The notes: generated by a model from the sequence alone, not told the origin. DNA of 64,000 bases from Nitrospirota bacterium (GCA_020846775.1 JADLDG010000023.1:75298-139297), one strand, 5' to 3'. Counted from the first letter of the stretch, positions 46,546-58,620 are shown. A program made the numbers and translations.

Positions 46546-48120
46546 TTAATGCCTGAAGTGTCTGACCCCAGTTAAAACCATGGCCATGTTGTACTCATCT
46601 ATTGCCTTTATAACCTCTTCATCCTTTATCGAACCGCCGGGCTGTATTATTGCTGTAATACCACATTTTGCTGCTTCATCTATAGCATCCCTGAATGGGA
46701 AAAATGCATCAGAGGCCATGACACACCCGGAAATATTACTCCTTGATTTTGAAACTGCCAGCCTTACAGAATCAACACGGCTCATTTGGCCGGCGCCTAT
46801 CCCTACTGTTTCTGTACCCCTCCCAAAAACTATGGCATTCGATTTTACATGTTTACATACCTTCCATGTAAAACGTAGACCAGTCATTTCATCCGGAGAC
46901 GGCTGACGTGACGATACAATCCTGATATTGGCTATGTCATTATTGATACCAAGATCCATATCCTGAATAAGCAGTCCTCCTGTGATCCTCTTAAAGTCCA
47001 TCGCCCCTTCCAACAGGTCAGAAAAAGGACCTGTTTCTAATAAACGAACATTCGCCTTCTTCTGAAATATCTCAAGCGCCTCACCTGTAAACTCCGGTGC
47101 AACAATCACTTCCACAAAGGTCCTGGCGACTTCGGCAGCTGTATATTCATCTACAATGGTATTAAAAGCAATTACCCCTCCGAATGCAGAGACCGGGTCA
47201 GTATCCCGTGCGATGCAATAAGCATCTTTAAGGTCATCTGCGGAGGCGACGCCACAGGGATTATTGTGTTTAACAATAACTGCAACAGGTTCATCAAACT
47301 CTCTAGCCAGTTCAAGTGCCGAATTGGCATCGAGGTAATTATTGTATGACATTTCCTTTCCCTGCAGTACCATTGCCCTTGCAACAGAGCTGCCGTTAAA
47401 TCCTATTTCCCTGTAAAACGCACCCCTCTGATGCGGGTTTTCACCATAGCGCAGATGCTGAACCTTTTCAAAGACCGGAGTAAATAACTCAGGAAAGTGT
47501 ATCGTCTCTTCAGGCTTATCAGTGGTCTTCTCCAGATAATGAGAGATCATCGTGTCATACTTAGCAGTTGTTGAAAATGCCTTCCTGGCGAGTCTGAATT
47601 TCGTCTCATGAGAAATAGCGCCGCCTGTCTGTTCCATCTCATGTATAATAGAATTGTAATCAGACGGGTCAGTGACTACTGCAACAGACTCAAAATTCTT
47701 TGCTGCAGACCTTATCATTGATGGTCCGCCTATGTCTATGTTCTCAATGGCATCTTCAAACGTGCAGCCTGGTCTTGAAACAGTCTTATCAAACTGATAG
47801 AGATTAATCACCACCATATCTATGGGATCAATACCATGCTGTGACATCTGCCTGATATGTTCAGGTTTATCACGCCTTCCCAGGATCCCTCCGTGCACCT
47901 TCGGATGAAGGGTTTTGACCCGTCCATCCATCATTTCGGGAAAACCGGTATACTGGGACAGATCCGTTACAGCTACACCAGCATCATTAAGGGCTTTGGC
48001 TGTTCCCCCGGTTGAAAGGATTTGTATCCCAAACCCTTTAAGCCTTCTTGCAAAATCAACAACCCCGCTCTTATCAGTAACACTGATAATCGCCCGTCTG
48101 ATATTCGATGGTGATCCCAT
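46546..48120 (-). CDS. purH: Bifunctional AICAR transformylase / IMP cyclohydrolase
   Basis: 524 aa. N-terminal MGS-like IMPCH (…ALISVSDKSG-like RAIISVTDKSG…). C-terminal AICARFT domain. Confidence 0.9.
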   Translation of the reverse strand: MGSPSNIRRAIISVTDKSGVVDFARRLKGFGIQILSTGGTAKALNDAGVAVTDLSQYTGFPEMMDGRVKTLHPKVHGGILGRRDKPEHIRQMSQHGIDPIDMVVINLYQFDKTVSRPGCTFEDAIENIDIGGPSMIRSAAKNFESVAVVTDPSDYNSIIHEMEQTGGAISHETKFRLARKAFSTTAKYDTMISHYLEKTTDKPEETIHFPELFTPVFEKVQHLRYGENPHQRGAFYREIGFNGSSVARAMVLQGKEMSYNNYLDANSALELAREFDEPVAVIVKHNNPCGVASADDLKDAYCIARDTDPVSAFGGVIAFNTIVDEYTAAEVARTFVEVIVAPEFTGEALEIFQKKANVRLLETGPFSDLLEGAMDFKRITGGLLIQDMDLGINNDIANIRIVSSRQPSPDEMTGLRFTWKVCKHVKSNAIVFGRGTETVGIGAGQMSRVDSVRLAVSKSRSNISGCVMASDAFFPFRDAIDEAAKCGITAIIQPGGSIKDEEVIKAIDEYNMAMVLTGVRHFRH

Positions 48121-48257
48121 ATTAAGACTCCTTTATAAGTCACTGGCACATGCCGCTCCTTTGACAGCTTATGCTGTCAAATTTTTAAAATGTTAACATA
48201 TCGAATTTAGCAAAACAAGTGGTGGACACAACTCACATTCCGTCTATATAGTATCCA

Positions 48258-49049
48258 TTATTTGAAGAATAATCTGACGACATCACCTTTTCCTGCATTA
48301 AATTCTTCTGCAGCATTCCCCATGAATGAGAATAATTCGATGAGTCCAAAACTGTTTATAACAGCGGCCAACTTGCCAAAAACAGCCTCAGCATAATATT
48401 TTCTTATCGAAATCTCATGCTCATTGAACTTTATTGTTATAGATGAGTCATAAACGCCATGCCCCACATTTTTCAAATCTGAACAGGAGATGTTTGTAAA
48501 CAAATTTCCAAATCTGTCAACATATATAATCTCTCCCTGTAAAACACCATTCTCGTAATGGGGCCTCCGGAAATCAATACTAACATGATCCGAAATTATA
48601 TGGCCAAATTTATCAGGTTCATAACATTTAGATAACCATCCCGCTACAGGCGCGAAGATGTCACGGCCATGAAACGTATTCCCGGGGCTTCTAAGGAAAT
48701 ATCTCTCTTCAGTAATCTCATATATTACCGAACCATTATCGCCGGCGACAAGCAGCGACAAAATGCCGTTATCCGGGCCGATAAAATAGTGATTAAATGC
48801 CTTGACGAGAATTGGTCTTCTGCCTGTTCCAACCCCCGGGTCCACTACTACGACATGTATTGTCTGACTGGGAAAGTATTTAAATGAGTTGTAAATGATA
48901 AAGGCGCAGGAAAATATGTCCTGATTATCTATACCGTGAGATATGTCAATTAATGTAACTGCATTATTGATATTATAGATCACACCCTTCATCATACCGA
49001 CAAAGGGGTCTTTAAGACCAAAGTCAGATGTAAGCGTTATTAAGCTCAT
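48258..49049 (-). CDS. S-adenosyl-L-methionine hydroxide adenosyltransferase (SAM hydrolase, DUF62 / fluorinase-like family)
   Basis: 263 aa. …ITLTSDFG…D…VVDPGVGT… N-terminal motifs characteristic of the SAM hydroxide adenosyltransferase family. Confidence 0.75.
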   Translation of the reverse strand: MSLITLTSDFGLKDPFVGMMKGVIYNINNAVTLIDISHGIDNQDIFSCAFIIYNSFKYFPSQTIHVVVVDPGVGTGRRPILVKAFNHYFIGPDNGILSLLVAGDNGSVIYEITEERYFLRSPGNTFHGRDIFAPVAGWLSKCYEPDKFGHIISDHVSIDFRRPHYENGVLQGEIIYVDRFGNLFTNISCSDLKNVGHGVYDSSITIKFNEHEISIRKYYAEAVFGKLAAVINSFGLIELFSFMGNAAEEFNAGKGDVVRLFFK

Positions 49050-49080
49050 ATTATAGTGCTGTTTCCTTTAACTACAACAG

Positions 49081-49998
49081 TCAGGGAATTTGCATCTTTC
49101 CTGTTATGCCGCTCAGATTACAGATGTTCCTATCCTGCATATATGTCTTTAGACCTTCTGCTATATCCGTTGATACCGATGGATTAAGAAAGTTTGCTGT
49201 CCCGATTGCAACAGCGGATGCTCCGGCAAGAAAGAATTCTACAGCGTCCTGACAGTTTGTTATTCCACCCATGCCTATTACCGGGATATTAACTGCGTTA
49301 TATACCTGCCAAACCATCCTTATGGCGACAGGTCTAATTGCCGGACCAGATAATCCCCCTGTTATATTGGCTATTTTGGGTTTCCATGTCTCGGTGTCAA
49401 TCACCATCCCGAGCAGGGTATTTATTAATGAGACAGCATCAGCCCCCTCCTCCTCACATACCGTTGCAAAGGAGGCAATATCCGTTACATTAGGTGATAG
49501 TTTGATAATTAAGGGCAGAGTTGTTGATTTTCTTATCCTGCGTACCACACGCCTTGTTGCATCAATGTCTGTTCCGAAGGCTATCCCTCCCTCTTTAATG
49601 TTTGGACAGGAAATATTAGCCTCTAATCCATGAACACCGTCTACACCATTTAAGGCGGAAGCTACCTCACCGTATTCTTCTACAGTGGAACCGAATATAT
49701 TGACAACAACCCTGGCGCTGAAATTACGAAGAAATGGAACCTTATCATTGATAAATGTCTCAACACCTACGTTTGGCAATCCAATAGCATTCAGCATTCC
49801 TGACGGGGTCTCACATATGCGAGGAGGAGGATTACCGTTACTTGGCTTTAAGGCAATTCCCTTGACAATAATTGCCCCTATATGGTTTAAATCACAATAC
49901 CTTGCTATATCTTCACCGTATCCTGCAGTGCCGGATGCAAGCATTACCGGATTCTGGAGCTTCATACCGGCTATGTCTACGCTAAGGTCAGAAATCAC
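49081..49998 (-). CDS. pyrD: Dihydroorotate dehydrogenase, class 1B catalytic subunit
   Basis: 305 aa TIM-barrel DHODH (…NPVMLASGT…, …VKLSPN…, …GGI…) paired with the pyrK-like subunit upstream. Confidence 0.9.
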   Translation of the reverse strand: MISDLSVDIAGMKLQNPVMLASGTAGYGEDIARYCDLNHIGAIIVKGIALKPSNGNPPPRICETPSGMLNAIGLPNVGVETFINDKVPFLRNFSARVVVNIFGSTVEEYGEVASALNGVDGVHGLEANISCPNIKEGGIAFGTDIDATRRVVRRIRKSTTLPLIIKLSPNVTDIASFATVCEEEGADAVSLINTLLGMVIDTETWKPKIANITGGLSGPAIRPVAIRMVWQVYNAVNIPVIGMGGITNCQDAVEFFLAGASAVAIGTANFLNPSVSTDIAEGLKTYMQDRNICNLSGITGKMQIP

Positions 49999-50021
49999 TC
50001 AAATATACCCACTCTATCACC

Positions 50022-50816
50022 TCAATCGTTGGAAAATTCAATCAAATCTCCGTTAAATACAGGGCCATCTTTGCATACTAAATAATATCCACCACCACTT
50101 TTTTTTACAGCGCATCCCATGCACAGGCCCATGCCGCACGCCATCTCAGCCTCAAGTGAAAAGGTTGTCTCTATATTTGAGCGGCCGGCAATACCATATA
50201 TCCTTTTGAGCATTGCATTGGGACCGCATGCATAAAGAATGATCCTACCGTCAGGACCAATATCCTGCAGATACTCTTCGAGTGCATCGGTAACAAATCC
50301 CTTTACGCCTTCTGATCCATCCTGGGTTGCCACGACCACATTTGCACCATGGTTTTCAAAATCCTCCACGCAAAGCAGATCCATAATCCCTCTGCCTCCA
50401 ATAAATACCTTGACAGGTGTCTCCTTACAGTTGGATTTGATTAATTGTGTCAGCCCAAGCAACGGGGCTACCCCAATACCTCCTGCAACAATGATAAATT
50501 CGTCAGGCTTGTTATATATGTCAATTTGAAAACCATTTCCGAACGGCCCGAGAAACTCAATTTCACTCCCTTCATAAAGTCTGCTCAGAAATTCTGTTCC
50601 CTTACCCACGACTTTATATAAAATCTCAATATGATCATCTCCTGATATCCCGTGAATACTAAATGGCCTCGGCAGGAATATTCCGGCTGATGTAGTTTCA
50701 GCAGGCCGTAGCATGACAAATTGACCGGTCATATATGTCAGCTTTTGTGAGGGTTTAATGACGAGTTTGAAGTAAGGGCCTTTAATGCACTTATTTGAGA
50801 ATACCTGTGCCTTCAT
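50022..50816 (-). CDS. pyrK: Dihydroorotate dehydrogenase electron transfer subunit (FAD/NAD-binding, [2Fe-2S])
   Basis: 264 aa. FNR-like fold. C-terminal Cys cluster (…CGMGLCMGC…C…). Confidence 0.85.
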   Translation of the reverse strand: MKAQVFSNKCIKGPYFKLVIKPSQKLTYMTGQFVMLRPAETTSAGIFLPRPFSIHGISGDDHIEILYKVVGKGTEFLSRLYEGSEIEFLGPFGNGFQIDIYNKPDEFIIVAGGIGVAPLLGLTQLIKSNCKETPVKVFIGGRGIMDLLCVEDFENHGANVVVATQDGSEGVKGFVTDALEEYLQDIGPDGRIILYACGPNAMLKRIYGIAGRSNIETTFSLEAEMACGMGLCMGCAVKKSGGGYYLVCKDGPVFNGDLIEFSND

Positions 50817-51286
50817 TCTTCAAAAGATATTCCCTGTATCTCATATTCTCTGTCGCCGGCTGGTGCCTTAATGGTGACTATATCTCCTACCTTATTTCCG
50901 ATGAGTGCCCTTCCGACCGGAGAACTGTGAGATATCCTGCCTTTTTTAAGATCCACTTCATCTTCACCAACGATCATATATTGTTTTGCCTCACCCTTGA
51001 ATAAATCAATCAGCGCTACTTTTGCTCCAAATACAACCTTGCTCGAATCAAGCCTGGAGATATCAATGATTTCAGATGTAGCAAGCTTATGCTCCAATTC
51101 CGCTATTCGTCCCGCAATGAATGACTGACGTTCCTTAGCTGCAGAATATTCAGCATTCTCAGAAAGATCTCCATGTGCCCTCGCCTCTACAATGTCCTGA
51201 ATATTCTTAGGCCGTTCAATCTTCTTTAATCTCTCAAGATCTTCTTTAAGTTTTTGATACCCCTCTTTAGTAATCGGCCTTTTCAT
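50813..51286 (-). CDS. greA: Transcription elongation factor GreA
   Basis: ATG at 51286 (MKRPITKEGYQKL…) preceded by GGAGGGG. Coiled-coil N-terminus and FKBP-like C-terminus (…SPVGRALIGNKVGD…). Embedded between carB and pyrK. Confidence 0.9.
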   Translation of the reverse strand: MKRPITKEGYQKLKEDLERLKKIERPKNIQDIVEARAHGDLSENAEYSAAKERQSFIAGRIAELEHKLATSEIIDISRLDSSKVVFGAKVALIDLFKGEAKQYMIVGEDEVDLKKGRISHSSPVGRALIGNKVGDIVTIKAPAGDREYEIQGISFEE

Positions 51287-51365
51287 AACTACCCCTCCAC
51301 TGCCCTGGCGCCGCATGACCCATTGCATTTACTTCGCAGCAATAAGTACCCCGCGTTTTTCAGCA

Positions 51366-54300
51366 TCAAAGTCTATGATACTCCTGAATGGATTTAATTT
51401 CAACAGGCCTTCTCGTAAGTGCCTCTATCCCGCTGGCTGCCGCTCTTGCACCCGAGATCGTAGTGTAATATGGTACGCCCTTAGTCAGAGCTATCCTCCT
51501 TATTGAATAAGAGTCACCCTTTGCCTTCATATCGCCAACTGTATTCACTACGAGGACTATATCACCGTTTTTTATATGATCCACTATATGCGGTCTCCCC
51601 TCTTTGACTTTGTTGACTACAGTGACCGGAATACCATGTTTCTCAAGCTCGAGGGCCGTCCCCCTTGTTGCCTCAATTGTAAAGCCGGCATTGCTAAGCC
51701 TTTGGGCTATATCAACGGCAGCATGCTTGTCTCTGTCCTTAACACTGATAAAAACCGTCCCTGAGAGCGGAAGTGATGAGGAGGCGGCTGACTGCGCCTT
51801 GGCATAGGCCGTTGAGAAGTCCATGTCTATTCCCATTACCTCTCCTGTAGACTTCATCTCAGGCCCCAGCAGGGTATCTACGCCAGGGAACTTAGAAAAC
51901 GGAAATACCGCTTCCTTAACCGCTACATGTCTGGATTTAACCTCTTTAGTAAAACCGAGGTCCTTCAGTTTTTTACCGGCCATAACCTTTGCTGCTAATT
52001 TAGCCAGCGGAACACCGATAGTCTTGCTCACAAATGGGACTGTTCTTGAGGCCCTCGGGTTTACCTCCAGCACATATACAATACCATCCCTGACGGCAAA
52101 CTGAATATTGATAAGACCAATTACTCCGAGCTCCCCTGCCATGGCACAAGTCTGTTTCTTTATACTGCCGACTATTTCTGGCGGGATAGAAAACGGAGGA
52201 AGTGAGCAGGCGCTGTCACCTGAATGAACCCCTGCTTCTTCAATATGCTCCATGACACCGCCTATCACGACGTCACTGCCGTCAGATATGGCATCAACGT
52301 CAACCTCTATTGCATCCTCAAGGTATTTATCTATCAAAACAGGATGCTTAGGGGAGGCCTTAACAGCACGGACGATATAATCCCTTAGACCGTTTTCATC
52401 ATAAACTATCTCCATGGCCCTCCCGCCAAGTACATAAGATGGCCTCACAAGAACGGGATAACCAATTTCCTGCGCAATTGAGACTGCCTCATCAGCAGAT
52501 CGTGCGATGCCGCTGGCAGGTTGCGTAAGACCAAGTTTATTAATAAAGTCTCGAAATCTCTCCCGGTCTTCTGCCCTGTCAATTGCATCAGGAGAGGTGC
52601 CAAGTATCTTTACTCCTGCCTTTGATAAAGGAACTGCAAGCTTTAAAGGTGTCTGACCGCCAAACTGGACGATAACTCCAATCGGTTGTTCTTTTTGTAT
52701 AATATTCAGGACATCCTCTTCCGTCAGAGGTTCAAAGTAAAGTCTGTCAGAGGTATCATAATCAGTACTGACTGTCTCAGGGTTGCAGTTTACCATAATG
52801 GTCTCAAAGCCTTCTTCCTTGAGTGCAAACGATCCGTGAACACAGCAGTAATCAAATTCTATACCCTGTCCAATCCTGTTAGGCCCGCCCCCCAGAATTA
52901 TAATCTTATCCCTGTCAGACGGGTTTGCCTCACATTCCTGCTCATATGTTGAGTAGAGATACGGAGTATGTGCCTCAAACTCAGCTGCGCATGTGTCTAC
53001 CCTTTTATAAACAGGCATGATATTCAGCCTTTCCCTTACAGCCCTTATATCCGCTTCCTCTGAATTGAGTAATTCGGCTATTCGATGGTCTGAAAAACCA
53101 AACTCCTTGGCCCTTCGCATTAAGACAGGATCTATCAGTGATAAGTTCCCACTGGAGGCATTGAGGATACTCCCTTCCATAACAACGATCTCTCTGATCT
53201 GTTCAAGAAACCATGGGTCTATATTTGAAATGCCGTATATCTCTCCTATACTCATGCCGGATCTTATTGCATCAGGTATATACCACAATCTCTCCCAGTT
53301 GGGTGTTTTGAGTTTCTTTCTTATCAGATCCATTGACTCTGCATCGAAAACGGCATTATCAGCAGCTGACTGTTTCATTGCATTTCCAGACGACTCAGTA
53401 AACCCGTGCCGGTCAATTTCGAGTGAACGTATCGCCTTTTGCAGCGCCTCTTTAAATGTCCTGCCAATCGCCATCACCTCACCGACAGATTTCATCTGTG
53501 TGGTAAGGGTTTGATCAGCCTGAGGAAATTTCTCAAAGGCAAACCTCGGTATCTTGACAACGACGTAATCTATCATTGGCTCGAAAGATGCCGGGGTAAC
53601 CCTCGTTATATCATTTTGGATTTCATCAAGAGTGTATCCCACAGATAATTTAGCGGCTATTTTTGCAATCGGGAATCCGGTAGCCTTTGACGCAAGGGCT
53701 GAACTCCTTGACACCCTCGGATTCATCTCAATTATTGTCATCTCTCCATCTTCAGGATTCACGGCAAACTGGATATTGGAACCTCCTGTTTCAACCCCGA
53801 TCTCTCTTATGATCTTTATCGCTGCATTACGCATTATCTGGTATTCCCGGTCAGAAAGTGTTTGAGATGGCGCAACAGTGATGCTGTCTCCGGTGTGAAC
53901 TCCCATAGGATCAAGATTTTCTATGGAACATATTATCACCACATTGTCAGCAATGTCCCTCATTACCTCAAGCTCATACTCCTTCCATCCGAGGAGGGAG
54001 CGTTCTATAAGTATCTCCCTTGTGGGACTTGCATCAAGTCCGGATTTGACAATCTCTTCATACTCCTCAATATTATAGGCTATCCCCCCGCCGGTACCCC
54101 CAAGCGTAAAGGAGGGTCTGATAATAGCCGGAAATTTCACAATCTCAAGCACCTTTAGTGCATCTTCAACTGTATAGGCAAAGCCGCTCTCAGGTACAGA
54201 AAGCCCGATCTTCTTCATAGCCTCTTTAAATTTTTCCCTGTTCTCTGCCTTGTCTATAGACTCATAATTAGCGCCAATGAGTTCAACTCCATATTTAGTC

Positions 54301-54623
54301 AAGACCCCCCTGCGGAAAAGTTCTGACGATACATTTAACGCCGTCTGTCCGCCCATTGTAGGCAGAAGCGCATCCGGTCTCTCCCGCTCTATTATCATCT
54401 CCACTATCTCAGGCGTAATAGGTTCAATATAAGTGCGGTTGGCAAATTGAGGGTCAGTCATTATGGTAGCAGGATTGCTGTTTACCAGTATAACCTGATA
54501 CCCCTCTTCCATCAGTGCCTTGGCAGCCTGCGTTCCTGAATAATCAAACTCACATGCCTGCCCGATTATAATGGGCCCTGAACCAATTAACAGGATCTTT
54601 TTTATGTCACTGCGTTTAGGCAT
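51366..54623 (-). CDS. carB: Carbamoyl-phosphate synthase large subunit
   Basis: 1085 aa. Duplicated ATP-grasp halves, oligomerisation and MGS-like domains. Canonical [18 protein letters not shown]… N-terminus. Confidence 0.95.
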   Translation of the reverse strand: MPKRSDIKKILLIGSGPIIIGQACEFDYSGTQAAKALMEEGYQVILVNSNPATIMTDPQFANRTYIEPITPEIVEMIIERERPDALLPTMGGQTALNVSSELFRRGVLTKYGVELIGANYESIDKAENREKFKEAMKKIGLSVPESGFAYTVEDALKVLEIVKFPAIIRPSFTLGGTGGGIAYNIEEYEEIVKSGLDASPTREILIERSLLGWKEYELEVMRDIADNVVIICSIENLDPMGVHTGDSITVAPSQTLSDREYQIMRNAAIKIIREIGVETGGSNIQFAVNPEDGEMTIIEMNPRVSRSSALASKATGFPIAKIAAKLSVGYTLDEIQNDITRVTPASFEPMIDYVVVKIPRFAFEKFPQADQTLTTQMKSVGEVMAIGRTFKEALQKAIRSLEIDRHGFTESSGNAMKQSAADNAVFDAESMDLIRKKLKTPNWERLWYIPDAIRSGMSIGEIYGISNIDPWFLEQIREIVVMEGSILNASSGNLSLIDPVLMRRAKEFGFSDHRIAELLNSEEADIRAVRERLNIMPVYKRVDTCAAEFEAHTPYLYSTYEQECEANPSDRDKIIILGGGPNRIGQGIEFDYCCVHGSFALKEEGFETIMVNCNPETVSTDYDTSDRLYFEPLTEEDVLNIIQKEQPIGVIVQFGGQTPLKLAVPLSKAGVKILGTSPDAIDRAEDRERFRDFINKLGLTQPASGIARSADEAVSIAQEIGYPVLVRPSYVLGGRAMEIVYDENGLRDYIVRAVKASPKHPVLIDKYLEDAIEVDVDAISDGSDVVIGGVMEHIEEAGVHSGDSACSLPPFSIPPEIVGSIKKQTCAMAGELGVIGLINIQFAVRDGIVYVLEVNPRASRTVPFVSKTIGVPLAKLAAKVMAGKKLKDLGFTKEVKSRHVAVKEAVFPFSKFPGVDTLLGPEMKSTGEVMGIDMDFSTAYAKAQSAASSSLPLSGTVFISVKDRDKHAAVDIAQRLSNAGFTIEATRGTALELEKHGIPVTVVNKVKEGRPHIVDHIKNGDIVLVVNTVGDMKAKGDSYSIRRIALTKGVPYYTTISGARAAASGIEALTRRPVEIKSIQEYHRL

Positions 54624-55713
54624 TGCTGTTTCCTATCATATCTATAAATTTATTAAAAAGGTAACCTGAATCGTGAGGACCGGGCGATGCCTCCGGGTGA
54701 TACTGGACAGAGAATACAGGATATTTTCTGTGTCTCATACCCTCTGCTGTCTGGTCATTAAGATTTACATGTGTTAGTTCTATTTCATCTCCGATAGAGT
54801 CTGTATCAACGGCAAAGTTGTGGTTCTGTGCAGTAATTTCGACCTTTCGTGTTGACAGATCCATAACAGGCTGATTACCGCCGTGATGTCCGAATTTAAG
54901 TTTGTAAGTCTTTCCTCCAAGGGCAAGTCCGAGTATCTGGTGGCCAAGGCAAATACCGAATATCGGTTTTTTGCCAATGAGTTTTCTTACATTCTCAATT
55001 GCATAGGTAACAGCCTGGGGGTCACCAGGCCCATTTGACAACAGAATACCATCAGGGCTCATCCCCAGCACATCCTCAGCCGATGTATTTGCCGGGACTA
55101 CGGTGACATTACAACCAAGATTGGAAAGACTCCTCATGATATTCCATTTGGCCCCGAAATCGTAGACCACAACAGAGAAACGCGGGTGAACACCGTCGTT
55201 GGCCCATCTGTGTTGTTTAGCACACGTTACTTCTTTGACAAGGTCAATTCCAATGAGCCCCTGTGCAGATTTTATCTTTTCAATGAGGCTCCCGGGATTA
55301 ATGTCCTTACTTGAAATTATCCCCATCTGTGAGCCCTTTTCCCTGATGCGTTTAGTCAAGGCACGCGTGTCTATCCCCTGTATCCCTGCAATATCATTTT
55401 CTCTGAGATACTCATCAAGCGTCTTTTGCGAGCGCCAGCTGCTCGTAAACGCGGACAATTCCTTTACTATAAATCCCGCAACATGGGGCTCAAAAGACTC
55501 GACATCATCGCTGTTTACCCCGTAATTGCCAATGTGCGGATAGGTCATAGTTACAATCTGCCTCTTATATGACGGGTCAGTCAATATCTCCTGATAGCCG
55601 GTCATGCTGGTATTAAAGACCACTTCACCGCAGGTTTCAATATCAGCGCCAATAGCTGATCCTTCAAAGACCGTTCCATCTGCAAGCGCAAGAATGGCTT
55701 TATTTCTTTTCAC
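54616..55713 (-). CDS. carA: Carbamoyl-phosphate synthase small subunit (glutamine amidotransferase)
   Basis: 365 aa. N-terminal CPSase_sm domain. Class I GATase with catalytic …GICLGHQ… Overlaps carB by 8 bp. Confidence 0.9.
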   Translation of the reverse strand: MKRNKAILALADGTVFEGSAIGADIETCGEVVFNTSMTGYQEILTDPSYKRQIVTMTYPHIGNYGVNSDDVESFEPHVAGFIVKELSAFTSSWRSQKTLDEYLRENDIAGIQGIDTRALTKRIREKGSQMGIISSKDINPGSLIEKIKSAQGLIGIDLVKEVTCAKQHRWANDGVHPRFSVVVYDFGAKWNIMRSLSNLGCNVTVVPANTSAEDVLGMSPDGILLSNGPGDPQAVTYAIENVRKLIGKKPIFGICLGHQILGLALGGKTYKLKFGHHGGNQPVMDLSTRKVEITAQNHNFAVDTDSIGDEIELTHVNLNDQTAEGMRHRKYPVFSVQYHPEASPGPHDSGYLFNKFIDMIGNSNA

Positions 55714-55727
55714 TCTGAAATACCCCT

Positions 55728-57014
55728 TTATCCTCTATGCACAACTCTACCGCCGACAATTGTGTAACTAATTTGACCTCTCATCTTCCACCCCTCAAAT
55801 GGTGTATTTCTGCTCTTCGATTTAAGGTTACCGGCCTCCACTACCCATACAGTTTTAGGGTTTATTACGGTTATATCTGCAGCTGCACCAATACCTATAT
55901 TCCCCTTGTTTATCCCGATTATCCTGGCTGGATTTACAGACATCTTAAATACCAGGTCCCGCACGGCTAATACCCCTTCCTCTACCAATCTCAGGGCAAG
56001 CGGCAGGGCCGTTTCCAGTCCAACTATCCCAAACGGCGCATAGTCATACTCCTTCTCCTTTTCCTCCTGAGAATGGGGGGCGTGATCAGTTGCAATGGCA
56101 TCAATAGTACCGTCCTGCAATCCAATCCGGACAGCGGCAACGTCCCTGGCAGACCTTAACGGGGGTTTCATCTTTGCATTTGTATTGTAACCCCTTACAG
56201 CCTCATCTGTCAGAAAAAGATAATGAGGGCACGTCTCAGCGGTCACATTAATGCCTCTTTCCTTTGCCACTCGAATCAATTCAACTGAGCCGATTGTGCT
56301 TACATGTGCTATATGTACGTGTGCGCCTGTAAGTTCTGCAAGTGAAATATCCCTCGCAACCATTACATCTTCTGATGCATTAGGTATCCCCTTGAGTCCA
56401 AGTTCCGTTGACATCTTACCCTCATTAATCACTCCGTCATCCGTGAGAGTAAGATCCTCACAATGAGAGATCACAGGAAGGTTAAACATCTTCGAATATT
56501 CCATGGCCCTTCTCATAACCAGATTATTCATGACAGGTTTTCCGTCATCAGATACGGCAACACATCCGGCCTTTCTCAAATCTCCCATCTCAGTAATTTC
56601 CTCTCCCTTCCCGCCTTTTGTAATTGCGCCAACTGGGAGAACATTCACTATACCTTTTAAAGAGGCCCTGCTCATAATAAACTCTGTCACTGCCTGAGAA
56701 TCATTCACTGGTTGTGTATTGGGCATGCAGCATACGGACGTAAACCCTCCGGCTGCCGCCGACATAGTTCCGGTTTGAATTGTTTCTTTGTACTCATAAC
56801 CAGGTTCTCTAAGGTGAGTATGAAGGTCTATCAATCCGGGAACAATTATCAGCCCGGTTGCGTCAATCAATTCAGCTTCATTCGGAACCGGAATATTCTG
56901 CTCAATCTGAACGATCACATTTCCACGGACAAGGATATCAGCAATCCCATCCCTGTTGTTAGCAGGATCTATTATATGACCGTTACGTATTAACAAATCA
57001 GTCGTATTCATCAT
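55728..57014 (-). CDS. pyrC: Dihydroorotase (multifunctional-complex type)
   Basis: 428 aa amidohydrolase. …[10 protein letters not shown]… metal-binding HxH and …DHAPH… motifs. Confidence 0.9.
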   Translation of the reverse strand: MMNTTDLLIRNGHIIDPANNRDGIADILVRGNVIVQIEQNIPVPNEAELIDATGLIIVPGLIDLHTHLREPGYEYKETIQTGTMSAAAGGFTSVCCMPNTQPVNDSQAVTEFIMSRASLKGIVNVLPVGAITKGGKGEEITEMGDLRKAGCVAVSDDGKPVMNNLVMRRAMEYSKMFNLPVISHCEDLTLTDDGVINEGKMSTELGLKGIPNASEDVMVARDISLAELTGAHVHIAHVSTIGSVELIRVAKERGINVTAETCPHYLFLTDEAVRGYNTNAKMKPPLRSARDVAAVRIGLQDGTIDAIATDHAPHSQEEKEKEYDYAPFGIVGLETALPLALRLVEEGVLAVRDLVFKMSVNPARIIGINKGNIGIGAAADITVINPKTVWVVEAGNLKSKSRNTPFEGWKMRGQISYTIVGGRVVHRG

Positions 57015-57943
57015 GTCGCCCGCTCGCCTGTACCTGATAAAAGATACAACACTGCCATTCTGACAGCAATCCCGTTTGTTACCTGTTCAAGTATTACAGA
57101 TGAGACTCCATCTGCAATCTCAGGGGCAATTTCTATCCCTCTGTTGATAGGCCCGGGATGCATTATCATTACATCTTCCCGTGCATATCTTACCCTTTCA
57201 CTATTAAGTAAGTAAAGCCCGGCATATTCACGCAAAGACGGGAAATAGTTTTTCCCCTGGCGCTCCAATTGAAGACGGAGGACAATAATTACGTCAGCAT
57301 CCTTCAGTGCGACCTCAATATTGTAAAATACAGAAACACCCAGATCTATGATCTCGGGTGGTATAAGGGCAGGCGGACCAACGAGCCTGACCTCCGCACC
57401 AAGCTTTGTAAGCCCGTAAATATTAGACCGTGCCACACGGCTATGTGCAATATCACCTATGATTGCTATCTTCAGGCCAACTATCCGCCCCTTCTTCTCA
57501 TTTATAGTAAACATGTCGAGAAGCGCCTGTGTAGGATGTTCGTGTGATCCATCGCCTGCATTTATGACTGAACTCTTTAAATTCTTTGCAAGGATGTGGG
57601 GTGCGCCTGATGCCGGGTGACGAATGACGATATAGTCCGACCTCATGGCCTCAATATTCCTTGCCGTGTCAAGCAGAGTCTCACCCTTTGTTATACTGCT
57701 GGTAGCTACTGAAAAGTTTATCACATCAGCAGAGAGTCTCTTTGCGGCAAGTTCGAAGGATGTCCTGGTCCTTGTACTTGGTTCGAAAAACAGGTTTACC
57801 ACGGTTTTTCCCCTTAGCGTGGGCACTTTCTTTATATCTCTACCGGTTACCTCCTTAAATGACTCCGCTGTATCCAGGATATAACGGATCTCATCTCCGG
57901 ATAATTCCTTGATTTCAAGAAGGTCTTTACACTTCAATTCCAT
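57011..57943 (-). CDS. pyrB: Aspartate carbamoyltransferase catalytic subunit
   Basis: …STRTR…, …HPTQ…, …HxLP-like ATCase motifs. Start chosen at ATG 57943 ([14 protein letters not shown]…) 4 bp after pyrR. The ORF track's 57982 start would overlap pyrR. Confidence 0.9.
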   Translation of the reverse strand: MELKCKDLLEIKELSGDEIRYILDTAESFKEVTGRDIKKVPTLRGKTVVNLFFEPSTRTRTSFELAAKRLSADVINFSVATSSITKGETLLDTARNIEAMRSDYIVIRHPASGAPHILAKNLKSSVINAGDGSHEHPTQALLDMFTINEKKGRIVGLKIAIIGDIAHSRVARSNIYGLTKLGAEVRLVGPPALIPPEIIDLGVSVFYNIEVALKDADVIIVLRLQLERQGKNYFPSLREYAGLYLLNSERVRYAREDVMIMHPGPINRGIEIAPEIADGVSSVILEQVTNGIAVRMAVLYLLSGTGERAT

Positions 57944-57947
57944 AATT

Positions 57948-58484
57948 CTATTGATCTTCCTTAAGAATGACCTTGTCTTCAAATCCCTCTTCAGCCATCA
58001 TGACTTTAACCTTGGCAGTTTTTGTAGTAGGAACATTCTTTCCAACATAATCAGCCTTAATGGGAAGCTCCCTGTGTCCCCTGTCAATCAATACAGCAAG
58101 TTTAATCATGGCAGGCCGGCCAAAGTCCATGAGTTCATCCATTGCAGCCCTAATAGTCCTTCCTGTATAGAGAACATCATCTATGAGAACAACAATCTTT
58201 CCTGAGAGTTCAAATGGGATCTCTGTTTTTTTAACCTCAGGGTGTCCCTTCCTTGTAAGCAGGTCATCCCTGTAAAGCGTTATATCCAGTATACCAAGAG
58301 GTACGTCGGATTTTTCGATTTCCTTTATCTTGACTGCAAGACGGTCAGCCAGATGAACGCCGCAAGTTCGTATACCTATAAGAACGAGTTCATCTGTCCC
58401 TTTATTCCTTTCAACTATCTCATGGGCAATACGGCTTACTGCCCGGGCTATACCCATCTCGTCCATCAATACAGTTTCATTCAT
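57948..58484 (-). CDS. pyrR: Bifunctional pyrimidine operon regulatory protein / uracil phosphoribosyltransferase PyrR
   Basis: ATG at 58484 ([23 protein letters not shown]…) with AAAGGGA Shine-Dalgarno. PRTase motif …[13 protein letters not shown]…. Confidence 0.9.
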   Translation of the reverse strand: MNETVLMDEMGIARAVSRIAHEIVERNKGTDELVLIGIRTCGVHLADRLAVKIKEIEKSDVPLGILDITLYRDDLLTRKGHPEVKKTEIPFELSGKIVVLIDDVLYTGRTIRAAMDELMDFGRPAMIKLAVLIDRGHRELPIKADYVGKNVPTTKTAKVKVMMAEEGFEDKVILKEDQ

Positions 58485-58514
58485 CTGAAACGTCCCTTTC
58501 AAGTAGCCTCAGGC

Positions 58515-58620
58515 AAAAAAAAACCTTCTCACGGTTTTGGCCGAAAAGAAGGTTATCAATAGTATTATTTGTGTATTTAATTGGCATTATCTGATCCTTT
58601 TTAGCCTCGCAGGGCTAAAT
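58515..58620 (-). promoter_or_regulatory. PyrR-type transcription attenuator in the pyrR leader (binding-loop hairpin plus intrinsic terminator)
   Basis: Minus-strand RNA has the hairpin UUUAGCCCUGCGAGGCUAAA, whose loop resembles the PyrR binding-loop consensus (…CCxGxGAGGCU). Downstream is AACCUUCU-N17-AGAAGGUU followed by U9 (58554-58515), directly before the pyrR SD. Confidence 0.5.
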
